This document shows, piece by piece, positions 48,963 to 62,250 of a DNA stretch of 64,000 bases. This DNA is from Lama guanicoe. Its lineage: Eukaryota. How positions within the stretch are numbered: position 1 is the first letter of the stretch; each line of letters begins with the position of its first letter. The notes below the pieces were generated by a model. That model saw nothing but the letters and a program-made list of their open reading frames with translations. It made no database searches and was not told the DNA's origin. Where the stretch lies: NCBI GenBank assembly GCA_013239625.1, contig MU054338.1, positions 1,552,001 to 1,616,000 of the forward strand, in the 5' to 3' direction. Both the position numbers and the translations under genes were made by a program.

Positions 48963-49096
48963 GCACCTTGTTTCGCCTGACCCTGCTGGGTACCAGACAA
49001 TGAGGCATAAAAAAGACAGGTGCTTGCCCTCGTGAAGCACTGGGTGGTCCATGGCCACACCGAGCAGGTAGTCACAGTGATGGACACATGATTATA

Positions 49097-49300
49097 AAGG
49101 GTTGTCAGATAAAATACAAGACACCTGGTTAAATTTGGAATTTTGGAAACACAATTTTTTTTGTATAAATATATAATATATATTATGTTTAAGAATATAT
49201 AATAGTTATACTATTGTATTTAATATATTTGGGATATATAGTTTAAAATCATTTTAAAAAGCATAAGTATGACTTAATATTTGAATCATTCTTACACTCA
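49097..49300. mobile_element. MER53-like hAT fragment with an AT-rich expansion
   Basis: AGGGTTGTCAGATAAAATACAAGACACCTGGTTAAATTTG. Confidence 0.6.
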
Positions 49301-50334
49301 AAAAAGAAAAAAAAAATAGATGTATGGTACTCTCATGCATGATTAGAGCCTAAGTTATAACTTACCAGGGAAGGATTCTAAACAAAGGCAACACATAAGC
49401 TAGTACGTGTGTTAGGATGGCACTGGCTGTGGAGCGAAGAATGAGGCCCACGTACCGACACATGTTCTAGGGTCAGAAACTGCTTAAGGTACTTCGCAGC
49501 CTCGGAGTGGGCGGGCCCTATGCTGAAGGCTCCGCCCCTCGGACATGCACATGCGCATTCTGCCTGGGATGGGTGAGCCGCCCGAGGCCGGGGCTCAGCG
49601 TCAGGGTCTGAGGCTGCGCGTGCCCACCTGGCTCTGAAGCCTTCTGCGCAGCCTCGTGGGGGCGGAACCTCGTGGTGGGCGGGTGGCTTCCCGCGCAAAC
49701 GGTCCTGGCGGAGGCCGAGCCAAGGAGCTTGCAGGGTCGCGGGAGCTGCCGAGCTCCCGGGAGGAACCGGCGGGCGCCCGGAGACCCCGGTTGTGGCTGT
49801 TGCGGCGCCGAGTGCCGTGCCCGCTGTGGGCACGAGCCTGGGGGCGGCATCCGCCCGCCGTGGCCCCTCGCAGCGACGTGGGCCGGAGGCTCGGGCCCCG
49901 CAGGCGTGTCCCCGGTCCCCGAGGCCTACCCCCGAGAAGCAGGGCGGCAGGAGACGGCGCCCCTTCCGAGAAGGGGGCGGATCCTCCTCCGGGGGCCTCC
50001 CGTCTTCGGAGAACTGGGCAGGAAACGGAGAGGAAGTGGCGGTCGGCCAAGGGGGACGTCAGCCCCGCGGGGAGGGAAGCCTGGGTCCCGGGATGGAAGG
50101 AGGCGCCCGCCCAGACTCGCCCCTCCCGGTGCGTCGCCCTGGATGGCAGCAGCCGACAGCGGGCGGTGTCGTCCTTTAAGTGTAGGTTTTGCTTTTCCCT
50201 AAGTGCCCGGTGATTTCTGCGGGCCTAGTGCGTCTCTGCAAGGAGATAAAGCCCAGGAACAGACAGTAAACGTGGGCTCAGCATTTGTCTGGAAGTCCAG
50301 GCGGGAGTCAGAAGAGACAGTTGTCACTTATTTG

Positions 50335-51320
50335 TGATAGCGACCTCGTCCTTGGACCCTTTAAATCAGTAGAAATTACTAATTGTAGCAGCACTATTTA
50401 CAATAGCCAAGACATAGAAGCAACCTAAATGTCCAGCGACAGATGACTGGATAAAGATGTGGTGTATATACACAATGGAACATTACTCAGCCATAAAAAA
50501 GAATGAAATAACGCCATTTGGAGCAACTTGGATGTGCCTAGAGATTATCATACTGAGTGAAGTAAGTCAGACAAAAAGACAAATGCCATATGATATCACT
50601 TATATGTGAAATCCAAAAAGTATGATACAAATAAACTTATTTACAAAACAGACAGACACAGAAAACAAACTTATGGTCACCAAAGGGGAAAGAGGGGAGG
50701 GGTAATAGTTTGGGATTAACTACCATGTTCAGCATAGATAAACAAGGACCTACTGTATAGCACAGGGAATTACATTTCAATATCTTGTAATAACCTATAA
50801 TGAAAAAGAATATGGAAAAGAACATACGTGTAACTGAATCATTGCTGTGCACCAGAAACTAACATTGTAAATCAACCAAACTTCAATAATTTAAAAAGAA
50901 AGAAAGAAAGAAATTTTCAAGCGGCTAGAGGGGAAATTCAGCCAAGGCTTCACTGGTACTGGTGCTGCAGCAGGAGGGAGCGAAGATAATGACAGGCGCC
51001 TTGACTTGCCCTCCAAGGAGGTGGGCTGGCTCCTTAAACGGGGCGAGGGTGGGCAGAAGGGGAGCTCAGGCGGTCTGCTCACCCCCTTGGTGGTGCCGTG
51101 TGCAGGGGTCTTGCACAGTCCCCTGCTTTTGCTCCCAACAGCTCTGAAGTAGCAGTTGGGTCTTGGCCTTTTTGCTGCTGCTTGTTCATAATTGGCCCTC
51201 ACTGCGCGTGCACACAGTTATTTTTAATTCCTTATAGTGTCTTTGTATTTTGTTGCTTGAGGTGCTATTTGTCCACGTGCAGGCACTGCAGCCCAGGGTC
51301 CCAGGTCCCAGCCTGTCTCA
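50335..51320 (-). mobile_element. MER41-like (cetartiodactyl-type) solo LTR interrupted by a young L1 3' end (+, ~50385-50915)
   Basis: The minus strand starts TGAGACAGGCTGGGACCTGGGACC..AGCAACAAAATACAAAGACACTATAAGG. The L1 insert runs GCAGCACTATTTACAATAGCCAAGAC...CTTCAATAATTTAAAAAGAAAGAAAG. Confidence 0.7.
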
Positions 51321-53824
51321 TTGGTCCCATACGCCAATGGGATGTCAAGGGCGTTAACAACATCTTAAGACCATCAGCCAGTTTTACTTGTTGGAGGCTT
51401 TATTAACTTCGTGACAACCTTGGTGCTACTGGTTTTCCTCGTTTTGCAAGCGAGGAAACTTGAGACGCAGAGCCACGAGCTGCTGGAGGTCCCCCCGCTA
51501 AGTCGGTGGTGGAACCTGCCTCGCTTGTGCCTTTCCCATTTCATGGCGCTGCCTCTCACTGGGATGCTCTCAGAGGCCACGTGGACCCACTGCCCAGCCA
51601 AACCCGTGTTTCTGCCCTCCGGGACGGTCCCGGAAAGATAGTGGGTTCCCCAGTCCTGGGTCCTCCGGATCTGAGGGGCCTTGTGAAGACAGCTCCCAGA
51701 GGGAATGTTTCGGAGTGTGCTGGCCAGGAAGGAGACCAGACATGAAGGGCATTTCCTCTTTGCTCCAAAGATGGCCAGGATGGGGTGTGCGGATGGTCAA
51801 GGCAGCAGGAGTGCCGGAGGAGGGCGGCTCCCACTGCTTCCTCCCAGTGCGGGGGTGGCACTGGGAAAGCAGTTCTGAGGCCCGGGGGTCGGGCTTGGCT
51901 TTTACCCCTGAGCCAGACTGTCTCACGCCTTCCACGAGACGGTGACTAGTTCTGACCCCAAAGTTGTGCCCAGATTGTCCCATGAAGCTTTGAGACCCTG
52001 GTCTGAGAATTCCTCCTCCCCAGAGGCAGGTCCCTGTGGCTTCGAGGAGGGGACCATGAGTGTTTGCCAAACTCAGAACCCTTCTAGATCCTTCTAATAT
52101 GTGGGGAGTGGGGGGGGGCAGACACATTACCTGGCAGTGCAAGCAAAACCTTTCCAGAATGTTCTGTAGAAGAGGAACACACCTCTCCTGGTTAAAGCCG
52201 ATCTCTGACCTACCCAGGATCAGAGACTTCAGAAGGGTTCGTGCCGCCCCTCCTTGCCCTAGAATCCCAACGTGGCTTCATCTGTGATTATTCATTTTCT
52301 AGATGATAGGAGAGGAGTTAGCCGACGTCCTTGAGGTCATCTGTGGAAACTGAAGGGATGAGAAGGGAGCAGGGGCTGGATCAGAGCACAGGGCGAGTGA
52401 AGGGCAGAGCTGGGACCGAGGCCCTGGCCACCTGTCTCCTGTCCCGACCCTCCGCCCCTCCGCCCTAGCGCTCTGCTGCCGTGTAGGACGCAGACGGCGT
52501 TCTGACCAGAGAGAAGATGGCCTTCTCCCCGTCGGGCTCAGAGTTCTTCCCGGAGTGATAGGTTTGGTTTGGTTTTGTATTTTTGGAGTGATAGGTTTTG
52601 GCGAGAAACAGTCCTGGGCTCCTGGGGAGCTACTCCCGGCAGGGCCTTGCATCACCGTCTCCGCCCTCAGCTCTGCACTGGCTTCTCCAGATCAGGCACA
52701 GGTGGGCTGCAGACAGCAAGGAGCCCGACACGGCCACCCGGGGGGACCCCCTCGACCTGCAGGCTCTGCTGCTGCCTCCAAAGCCCCCCTGGGGACTTTC
52801 CCCCTCATCTCTTTGCATCTCTGGGGGAAGCTGAACCCTGAGCCCGCCTCCTCGGCTGCCTGGGCTCCAGAGGCCAGACTCCGCTGGTGAAGGACTTTCT
52901 CCGAAGCACCCAGGCCACCGGGCTGGGGTGGGAACTGGAGGGCAGACGGCTTCCAGAGGTCTGCTGATCCCGGGGCAGGGGGTGGAAGCTGGCGTGGGTC
53001 ACAGGCCGATGTCTGATAAACAGGATTCAAGTCATCGCTTAGATGAGCACTTTTGCTTCTGCACCGCAGCCTCAGAAAAGCCCCCTCTTTGGTACAAAAG
53101 CACACTTTCTAATGATTATCCGCAAAGTGCGTCCGGCGGGAAGGCTGGTGCTGGGCCTTGCGAGCCTTCTCTGGAGGATGTCAGCCAGTTTCCAAAGGTG
53201 TCTTCAGCACGGCCTATTGGTGCCCAGTGTTTCTGCACAGAAGAGACTTTGACATGACAGCTAAAGATAGACGGGGCTGGTGGGCGTGGAGACGCGCTGC
53301 CCACAGGCCTTCCAGGAAGGAGGGGTGGGTTGCCAGCTTCTGGGAGTGTTGTCGGTGGACACCCTGCAGCAGTCAGCCCCATTAGGAAATGCTTCAGCTG
53401 CAGAGAGGTGTCGGGCCCCGGATCAGCCCATCTGATGGCTGTTGATGGTGAAGGCACAGAGGCTGCATTTGGGCCCACAAGGGGCAACTGGGAAAAGCTG
53501 CTCGGCTCCAGAGCCCCCCTAGGGTAGCCGAGGCCCCTCGCCCTCCCTTCCACAGGCGGTGATCCCAGAAGTCCTGTCTCATAAGCATCCTGAACCCAAC
53601 TCAGTCTGCTTCCCCAAGAGCCCAGCCTGCCCTGTAACACTGGACGACTGTGTCTGTGTGTGTGTGCGTGCGCATGTGTGCATCTTTGTGCACACGTGTG
53701 TGCTGCATCTCCTGCAGGGCGAGGAACTTACAGAAACGGTGAAAGACTGGCAGGAAGTTCTCTAGAACTATCGCAGGATTCTTCCAGTTCCCATAATTAT
53801 TATTATTTTAAAAATATTTCAGTT

Positions 53825-53980
53825 TTTTTCTCTCTGTATTTTTTATTTGTATCATTCCATTTATTTTTATTTTTTGGTGGGGTAATTATGTTTACTTATT
53901 TATTTGATGGAGGTACTGGGGATTGAACCCAGGACCTCATGCGTGCTGAGCGCGAGCTGCACCACTGAGCGCCCCTCCCT
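53825..53980 (-). mobile_element. Vic-1-like SINE
   Basis: GGGGTAATTATGTTTACTTATTTATTTGATGGAGGTACTGGGGATTGAACCCAGGACCTC. Confidence 0.85.
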
Positions 53981-56079
53981 GCCCCCACAGTTCTTCCTTT
54001 CCATATTTTGACCACAGCGTTATCGGTGTGAGTTTCATCTTGGCTCTGGATTGTGCCTTTTATCATCTGAAGGTCTCATCTGATGCTTTTGGCCTTGCTT
54101 TCAACCCTGACACGAAGCACCAGTGGTTAGAATGACTTGCCCAAGGTCCCAGGGAGGCTAGGCAGTTGCCACTTGTTGAGGTTTTAAAACGGATTCAGAG
54201 AAGAGGAAGAGGTGCGAAAACAGGATAGGACATCGTGGAAGGAGAAAAAAATACAGATTGTTGTAGAGAACATACATGATGCGCAAAGTGATGCCAGGAT
54301 GGGTGGCGCGGGGACGCGCTGCCGTGGACTTAACGCTGTGGGACGGGTCTGGTCCGCCCACCTGCGTCCACGCCTCTCGCTTACAAGTGTCTCCCAGAGA
54401 CAGTGTCCCAGGCCAAAGAGGCTCTTGGGCCCGTGGGGGCGTTCTCGCCCCCTTGCAGGCCCCGCTTCGCTGCTCAGCATTCTGTGTTGGTAAATTAAAA
54501 GCACAGGGAAGGGTGACGTGCTTGGAAAGCGCCTGTGCTACGGACCAGACCGCAGAGGCTGCTGGGGTGTGGCGGTTCTGTCTCCGAGCATCTGAACTGA
54601 AGACAGCCTCTTCATTTCATCAGTAAGAGGCAGCAGTCATTTTGACTTGAAAGAGACAGAGGTTTTTGTTTTTTTAAATTGGCACCTTCTCCTGAACAGA
54701 GAGGTCTTGTGAAGTAGGCCTCGAGGCCAGTGAACCCTTTTGCATAGCATTCTGGAAGGTCACTCGCAAATCCGAGGAGGGTTATAGGCTCCTTTCTGAA
54801 CAAGCCACCTGGCAAGTTCCAGCGCTGAGAGGCAGGCCAGCTCTGTGGGCAGGTGGCCCACACTGTCACCTGGGGCCCCCAGGCTCACAGAGTTCAACCC
54901 CTGCAGTTACCATCCTGACATCTGTAATTTTTGAAGAAGGGGCCCTCAGAGGAGGGCGCCGCTCCCGTGGAGAAGCTCTGGGACTCACAGTTGGCCCTCT
55001 CCCCCCTTCAAGGAGCTCACGGCGGGACGGGGCCGACTCTGAAAGCGAAACCAGTGTCCTGGGTGTGCGGATGGCCGCGCTGATCATCATTTTGAATTTC
55101 TTGTTTACTCTCTGCCATCGGTACTAGGCAGCTCGCTCCAACTCAGTGCTCTGGTCCTGGGGCAGCACCCCTTCTGGCTGGCAGTCGTCCTGTTTCTTGG
55201 GTTCCTGGAGCTGACCAGAAACATTCCAGAGTGCAGAGCATGACCCCTAAGGCCCTCCGTTTTCTGTCCTCTGCTTCTCCGGCTTCAGGTGCTGCCAGCC
55301 CCCTCCCCCGGCCCGCTCCTGCACACCCAGCCCCTCGAGGCCACGCTCACAGCTGCTGGGGTTAGGACTTGCACACAGATTTTGGGGGTGAGCAGTTCAA
55401 CCCCGTGCACTAGCCCAGCTCAGGCTCCCTGCGTCTCCAGGTGAAGCTGCGTCCCCGGCATTGCACAGTGATGACTGTGTGTGTTTTCCTCAGCCTCACT
55501 CTACGTCCTGGGACCGTGAGCTCTCAGGCAGGCCCTTAGGGAATGAAGAGAGGAAGTCCGCTTGTTGCGAACACAGTGAGATAGCTTTTTAGCCAAATGA
55601 ATGAATTTGGAAATGTATGTGGCAGTGGGTTGACCAGCGTCTCCCCCAAGTTCGGGCCCACCTAGAACCTCACAATGGGACCTTATTTGGAAATGGGGTC
55701 TCAGTGGGTGTAACTGGATCAGATGAGGTCATGCTAGAATGGAGGAGGGTTACTTCTTCCCGGAGCCTTACCTTACCCTCCCGCCTCCACTGCGCTCCAG
55801 TGAGACTGGCGGGGAAGATACTTGCACATCAGAGGGTGGGAAAGAAGTCCCACAGGAATGGGGGGCCTTCCACATCAGGGAGACATCTCCGGCCTGGGCG
55901 TGGGCCTGCCGAGGTGGCCCCCGCAGGTGCAGGGTGAGCTGCTTCCCCTGCCCCCCTGCCCCCTTTTTGGAGGCACGACACCTAAAAGGCCCCTTTGGAT
56001 TCTGGAGGCCACGTGCTTCCTGTAGGCCTGTTCCACCACCCATCAGAGCCAGCCCCCCTCCTGTGGTGGGGCGGGGGTC

Positions 56080-57740
56080 TACACCCCTCACGCCCACTGC
56101 AGGCATTCAGGGTCACTCTTGGTGTCATACGTTCTGTGGGTTTTGCTAAAGGTATAACGTCGTGCGTCCACCATGACCATGTCCCACACATCCGGGTCCC
56201 TGCCCTAAAAGCCTCCCCCGCTCCACCCGTTCCTCCCGCCTCCTGCCCGCCCTCAGCCCCAGCCAGGGGGCTCCGCGGTCCTGCCTCTCCCAGCTTCCGG
56301 CTCCCTCCATCCTCACCGCCAGCAGCGTGGCATCTCCCGTCTCTCTCTGACTCTGACCCCCGCCCCCACCTCCCTCTGATGAGGACCCTGTGAGGCCACG
56401 GGGCCTCCGGCGAGTCTCCTCGCCTGTTGGGGGTGTCACATCTAGGCTGGGGCGAGGAGTCTTCAGGGTCCTCCCCTGGCCCCGCAGCCTGTGCGGCCTC
56501 GCCCTGTTCAGAGCCTCCTGTAAGTGGGAGCGTGTGGGCCTCCTGTGTGAGGCCACTTTGCAGGCGTACATTTGCGAACCGCCCGGCTGTCGTCCTTGGT
56601 GGTGCTTTGTCCCTTCGTGCGGCTGAGGGTTCTGGGGTAGGGGTGGCTCAGTCCCTGCTGCTGAATACTTGAGGTGTTTCCAGCCTGGACTGTGAGAAGA
56701 CATTCCTTCCTTCCAAGACATTTTGTGGACAGATTTTTGGTTTCTCTTAGGTAAACACGAGCAGAATCGCCGGGTCAGGGAGTAGGTGTGTGTTTAGTTT
56801 TGTAAGAAACGGCAGGACCTTTTCCCAAAGTGGCTGGAGCACCTCACCCCTCACCGGCGAGCGGTGGAGTTCAGGTTGCGGTTGCTCCGGTCCTCAGTAT
56901 CGCCCGTCTGTCAAGTTTTAGCCATGCAGCTGGACACTGGCTAAGGTGTTTTTCTTTTTGTGGTAAAACACACATGACATGAAATTCACCATCTGAACCA
57001 TTTGTAAGAGCACAGCTCGGTGGCATGAAGCACATTCACACTGTTGTGCAGCCATCCCCACCGCCGTCTCCAGGACTTTCTCATCTTCCCAAACTGCAGC
57101 TCTGTCCCCATGAAACACCGACTCCCCCTCCCCTCGCCCAGCCCCTGGTCCACCGTCTACTTCCTGTCTCTGTGGATGTGACTCTTCCAAGGACCTCCTG
57201 TGAGTGGAACCAGACAGTATTTGCCCTTCTGTGTCTGGTTCTCTCATTGAGCATCACATCCTCAAGGTCCATCGATGTTGGACAAGTGTCAGAATCTCCT
57301 TCTTTTTTGTGGCTGAATCATGTATTCCACCGTGTGGTTGGACCACATTTGTTTATCCGTCATCTGTTGGACACTTGGGGTGTCCCCACCTTTGGGCTGC
57401 TGTGGATCGTGCTAGGAACACGGGTGTGCACATATCTGTTCAAGTCCCTGCTTTCAGTTCTTTTGTGTACACACCCAGAAGTAGAGCTGCTGACTCATGT
57501 GGTAATTTCACGTTTAGGTTTTTGAAGTGCCTTCTAATCTTATACTTTTTTTTCCAATAGAGAAATTTTATTTTCAATGATAAATATTTTGCGATTATTT
57601 TCCGTTATAGGTTATCACGAGGTACTGAACATAGTCTCCGGTGCTATGCAGTGAATCCGTGTTGCTCTCCTATTTCATGTGTAGCACTTTGTGTCTGTCA
57701 ATCCCCTACTCCTAATTTATCCCACTCCCCCACATCTTCC
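56080..57740 (-). mobile_element. Cluster of L1M 3' fragments
   Basis: GTGGTAAAACACACATGACATGAAATTCACCATC..GGTCCATCGATGTTG..TGGACACTTGGGGTGTCCCCACC. Confidence 0.7.
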
Positions 57741-58258
57741 CTAATCTTATCTTTCGTGATACATGGGGCACAATTTTTATGCAGCTGACTCTGTAAACGT
57801 TTTACACAAAGAAAGTTCTCTGCTCAGAGGTGGGAGGCAGCCGTGTACAGATGTATCACCAAAGATTTAACTCTTCGTGATGTGCGGTGAGGCTGGGTCA
57901 CAACTCATTTGACCTCTCCCCAGGAGTCTGGAGGTCGAGGGTGGTTTCTGGGTGACGGAGAGCAGGAAGGGGCGAGATCAAGACCTTCCCAGGCTCCGAG
58001 CTCTCAGAGGACCCGAGACTCACAACACGGGCAGATCCTCAGATGGCCTCCCCCTCAATTTTCTAACTACACCTCAGAAAGATGTAGGAGCCAGAGGTCA
58101 CCTCTCTGTGCTGCTGCCCAAAGCCCGGTTCCATCTGTGTAGCTCTTCCCGCGGCTGGTGAGGGGTGGGGGTGTCACCCCCACCCCAATCCATCCCCACA
58201 CGCAGCAGCCAGGGAGCTGAGGAAGGGCCGGAGCCGGCAGGAAGGAACAGTGAGCCTT

Positions 58259-58264
58259 TTTATT
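58259..58264 (-). terminator. Likely GNG7 poly(A) signal; 3'UTR ~58240-61613
   Basis: TTTATT on the + strand at the end of a repeat-poor ~3.4 kb block downstream of the GNG7 stop codon. Confidence 0.65.
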
Positions 58265-61200
58265 GTGGATTCATTCACTTGGTATCAACAATCCCACACA
58301 ATATTACAACACAGCAGGAAAGTGGGTGTGGCACACCTGGAATTTTTTAAAAATCAGAATAAAAACCACTGGACATCCAAACGCAGATGGGGTGGAAGCC
58401 GTTAGAACCACAGGCTGCTTCTGAGAAGCAGGAACCAGTCCTTCCCATGTCTGGCCATAGTCTCCAGGGACAGAGGAGGAAGAGGGTGGAGGGTGACACA
58501 TGGCTTCTGTTCAGGGGACCCTGCGTCAGGCTGGCTTTTTATAAATGCTCCTGAAGGACAAGCGACATTTGGTGGCCTCGCCTTGGCCTGGAAACAGCCC
58601 CAGGTCACTCACGCTCGGGGGAGGGTCCAATGGCCTTTTCCTGCCACCCCGAGGCCAAGAAGGCCCAGCGCCTCTGGACACAGTGACCGGGACGTCAAAG
58701 GAGGAAAGAGCACCTTCCAGCAGGCCCAGTGGTTCACATCCCCACCGCATGACGTCACAGCCCAGTCACTTAATTCTTGGCCTGGGGGGTCACCTTTGGG
58801 GATGATGAGGGAGGGGCTACATTCTAGCTCCTAGCTCCTTCCTGGAGTGGAGGAGGGGAGGGGAGGGAAGGCCACAGGATCGGGGCTGGGCCGGGCCAGG
58901 CCCTCAGGGAGCACTGCAGGCTGCAGAAAAAGGGAGACTGCGCTTCTGCTGCCCAGCTCTGCCCTTCTTAGGTGACTGTGTCCTCAGTAGCCCCCACCTT
59001 CTCCCCCAAGTCACATGGCTGAGAGACACTGGTCTCCCCCACATCTGCGCTGCCCCTGCCAGCTCCCTGCCACTTACTGTCCCCCGAACGCCCTGAAAAC
59101 CCTGTCTTCATGCTGATAACCTGAGCCACTAAAGCGCAAGCAGGAAACACTGCCGTGTATGCACTGAGGCTCCAGGCCTTCGCCCAGGGCACTGGCATTT
59201 ACTCTAAGAAGGGGAAAAAGGAAAGGAAAAGAGGGCTTCCTCCTCAGCTGGAAAGAAACTCATAGTGGGGTTTCTGCTGACGCCACCTCCTGGGGTCGGA
59301 GGTTGCTGGCCCCTGAAGTGCAGCTTGGTGGTTGCGGCCATGGGGCTGGGGGATGGCTGTCCTCACTCTCTCTGGGCCTCACTTTACCCAGGCAGCTGGG
59401 TCCCTGGGGTCTCCGGGGTGGGGGTGGGTAGAAACGGACGATTTTGCTTCAGGGCTGGGGGGAGCGGAGGCTGGCTGAGCCGGAAGTCGGAGTCGGGATG
59501 GGGCTGCCAGGCTGACTCACCCCCAGCCCCGCTCAGCCAGGGGTCCTGGGCTTTGCTTCCTAGAGCCTTCCCCCGAGTCATTCGGGTGGGGACACGCGGT
59601 CGGGGCTGGGCTGGGCACGGCTGGCATGGGGTCTCGGTCCCCGGACGCTCCTGACGCCGAGATCAGGCTGTCTTGCCCTCTTTGGGGCCGGGTGGCTGGA
59701 GGGCAGGGACAGTGGGGGGCGCAGGAGGAAGGCCCGAGGTGCGCGGACCGAGCTCGGGCTCAAGGGATTAAGGCTTCTGTCACAGAGCAAAGGGTTACCA
59801 GTCAGCAGATGGCTGGTGGGGTGTCCTCGCCGGCAGACGCGCTCTGCCAGCTGCCCCTCTAACCCTCGGGATTAAGCCCCGCTGTGCTCTGGCTTCCCCC
59901 TGCCCAGCGGGCGCCCCCGAGGTTTCTGGAACAGGCTTTGTTCCGCCCTGCTGCTCTGCTGGGGACGGGGTGAGGCACCTCGGCCGCTGGCTCCCCACGC
60001 AGTGGAAGGGGGCAGCAGCCTGAGTGGGCGGGGGGTTGCGGCTTGCCCGTCCAACTGCAGTGCGGGAGGCCGGGCCCCCGGAGGCCCCAGGTGCTCCCGG
60101 ACCGGCCGGAGAGAGCTGGGCGCCTGGGAGAAACGCGGCCCTGGGTCTGCACGCAGCGGGGGCCGGCCGCGGGGGCGGGGGGCATCCCGCGAGGCTTCCC
60201 AGCGATGCAAGGTCCGCGCCCGGCAGGACCCCAGGGGCGCGAAGCGGCGAGGCGCGGGCGAGGTGCACGAGCTCTGGCCCGGCCGCGCCCCGCCTGCCTT
60301 CTGCGGCTGCGCAGGGCCCTCCCGCTCGGGCCCCGGGGCTGGACTGCAGCCTCCGGCCCCGCCGCCGGGAGTGGGCCGGAGCTCGGGGCGCGGGGTCCCC
60401 GCGGCTGTAGGCGGCGCTGGCAGGTGAAGGCAGGTGGGCGTCTTAAGAGAGGAAACAGCAATTGTAAAAAGGGCCCCTGCCCTGTCCCCAGCCGTCAGCT
60501 CCATGACGCCCCACGTTTCCCAGGCTGCGCGGAGGGATGGACACCCCTCGCTCCCTCCGGCCAGATGCTCGGGGTCGTTGAGCGCGAGCGAGGAGGGCGG
60601 GGCGGCGGGTGCCCCTCCGTTTCCGGGCACAGGGTCTCATCTCAGGGGCCTCCGCGGCTACTTCCAGGTCATTTCACACCTTGCTAAACCTCGACGCACT
60701 GGGCAGCCCTGCTCACTGGGCAGGCCTCCCGGGCTGCATGGCAATGCACGGAAGTGGAACAAAACACAGCCAGACGGAAGGGCTGAGCATGACCGAAGCC
60801 GCTCGCTGCCCACACCGACGTCTCGTGCTTACGACAAAACAAAACTCAGCCGGCCATAGCACTGACTAGGGCCACTTGCGAAGATGCGTTTGTGGGATGC
60901 GCGGGGTCCCCAGGAAAGGGCAGGGGCCGTGGCGTGGCTGTCGGGTGACACATGCCGTACGAAAGCCACGTGGCAGGGTGACCACAGCCGAAGCCCCCTT
61001 CCAGGCCTCTAAAATCCGCTTGTGCCTTACCACTCAATCCAGTTTAGCTGCTGCTTCAGCCAATAAAACCTGACTTTTAGCAGTTTGGATTAACACATTT
61101 TAAATGGAAAGGAGAGAAATTTCCAAAAAAACCTCATAATGCCTCTCCCCAACCCCGAACCAGTTTTACTCTGCTTACTGCCCCACACCCCCCCCAAAAA

Positions 61201-61613
61201 AGCATCCCACCATCAACCCGGCAGAAATCTTCACAAATGGCCACTGCAAAACTTACACCCGGCCAGGTCGCCCAGGCCCGCAGCTAAATCACCCACCTCC
61301 TTCCCGTCCCTTGGCCCAGCTCTGCCCTGGGCCGCAACTCCAATGGCAACTCAGTTTAAAAAAATTGTTACCCTCTTGCTGGGGCATCTCAGCTGCTCCC
61401 CGTCGAAGTGGTTGCACAGCAGGGCCCCTGTGAGGGCTGCGGAGCTGGGTCTGAAGCCCCAGCTGAGCCCAGAGGATACACGTTACCCCATCTGGGCAGT
61501 GGCAACGTTGTGCACTTCTTTTGGAGTTAAAATTTTGTGGGACTAAGTGCTGAAGGGTGCCCTGACTGGGGGTGGGGGGTGGGGAGAGGGGCTGAGCACA
61601 CAGGAAAACAAAG

Positions 61614-61739
61614 CTATAGAATAATACAAGGCTTCTTGTCCTTAAAGGGGTTCTCGGAGGCAGGGACTCCCACCAGCAGGGGGTCGTTCCGGGCGTGCTG
61701 CTCACAGTAACTCATGAGTTCGGATGAGGCTTTGGAGAC
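61614..61739 (-). CDS. GNG7: G protein subunit gamma 7, last coding exon (upstream exons lie outside the window)
   Basis: CAG acceptor at 61740-61742, then [42 protein letters not shown]-gamma DPLL and NPF motifs, CaaX CIIL. Confidence 0.96.
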   Translation of the reverse strand, partial: VSKASSELMSYCEQHARNDPLLVGVPASENPFKDKKPCIIL

Positions 61740-61774
61740 CTGTGTGTGGGCACAAGGACGAGAGAGGAAAGATA

Positions 61775-62250
61775 AGAAAGGGCCAAGACACCTGCGTCCA
61801 CAGCAGCATGGCTCAGCGGCCAGAAGGTGGACACAACCCCAATGCCCATCAACTGAAGACCAGATACACACCACCTGCCACTCTACACGTGGGAGCATCA
61901 CTCAGCTGTGACCAGGAGAGCAGCCCTGACACCTGCCACCACGGGGACGGACCCTGAGAGCACGATGTTCAGTGAGAAACAGACACAGAAGAGCATACAA
62001 TGTGTGACTCCAAGGATGTGAGGCGTCCAGAACAGGCCAGTCCACAGACACAGGGAGGGGGCTCCTGGCTGTCAAGGGCTGGGGGGGGGATGAGGGTGAT
62101 GACAGCTAATGGGGATGGGGGTGCTTTTTGGGGTGATGGAATGTTCTGGAATTAGGTAGTGGTGATGGGTGCACAACACGGTGGACACACTAGTATCACT
62201 AATGGTAAGTTTTGTTATGTTTATTTTACTGGAATTTAAAGAAGATTAAA
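61775..62250 (+). mobile_element. L1MB-like 3' fragment (GC-shifted) next to the GNG7 acceptor
   Basis: GTGGACACAACCCAATGCCCATCAACTGAAG..GGGGTGATGGAATGTTCTGGAATTAG. Confidence 0.75.

Noticed and set aside
49358..49376. AACTTACCAGGGAAGGA, resembling the U1 snRNA 5' end
   Set aside because: The similarity is limited to about 8 nt, and no U1 body follows.
58750..58757. Isolated TGACGTCA
   Set aside because: A single motif in a 3'UTR without supporting context; compatible with chance.
59795..60859. Cluster of 130-250 aa ORFs
   Set aside because: Low-complexity Pro/Arg/Gly/Ala ORFs in a CpG island inside the GNG7 3'UTR.
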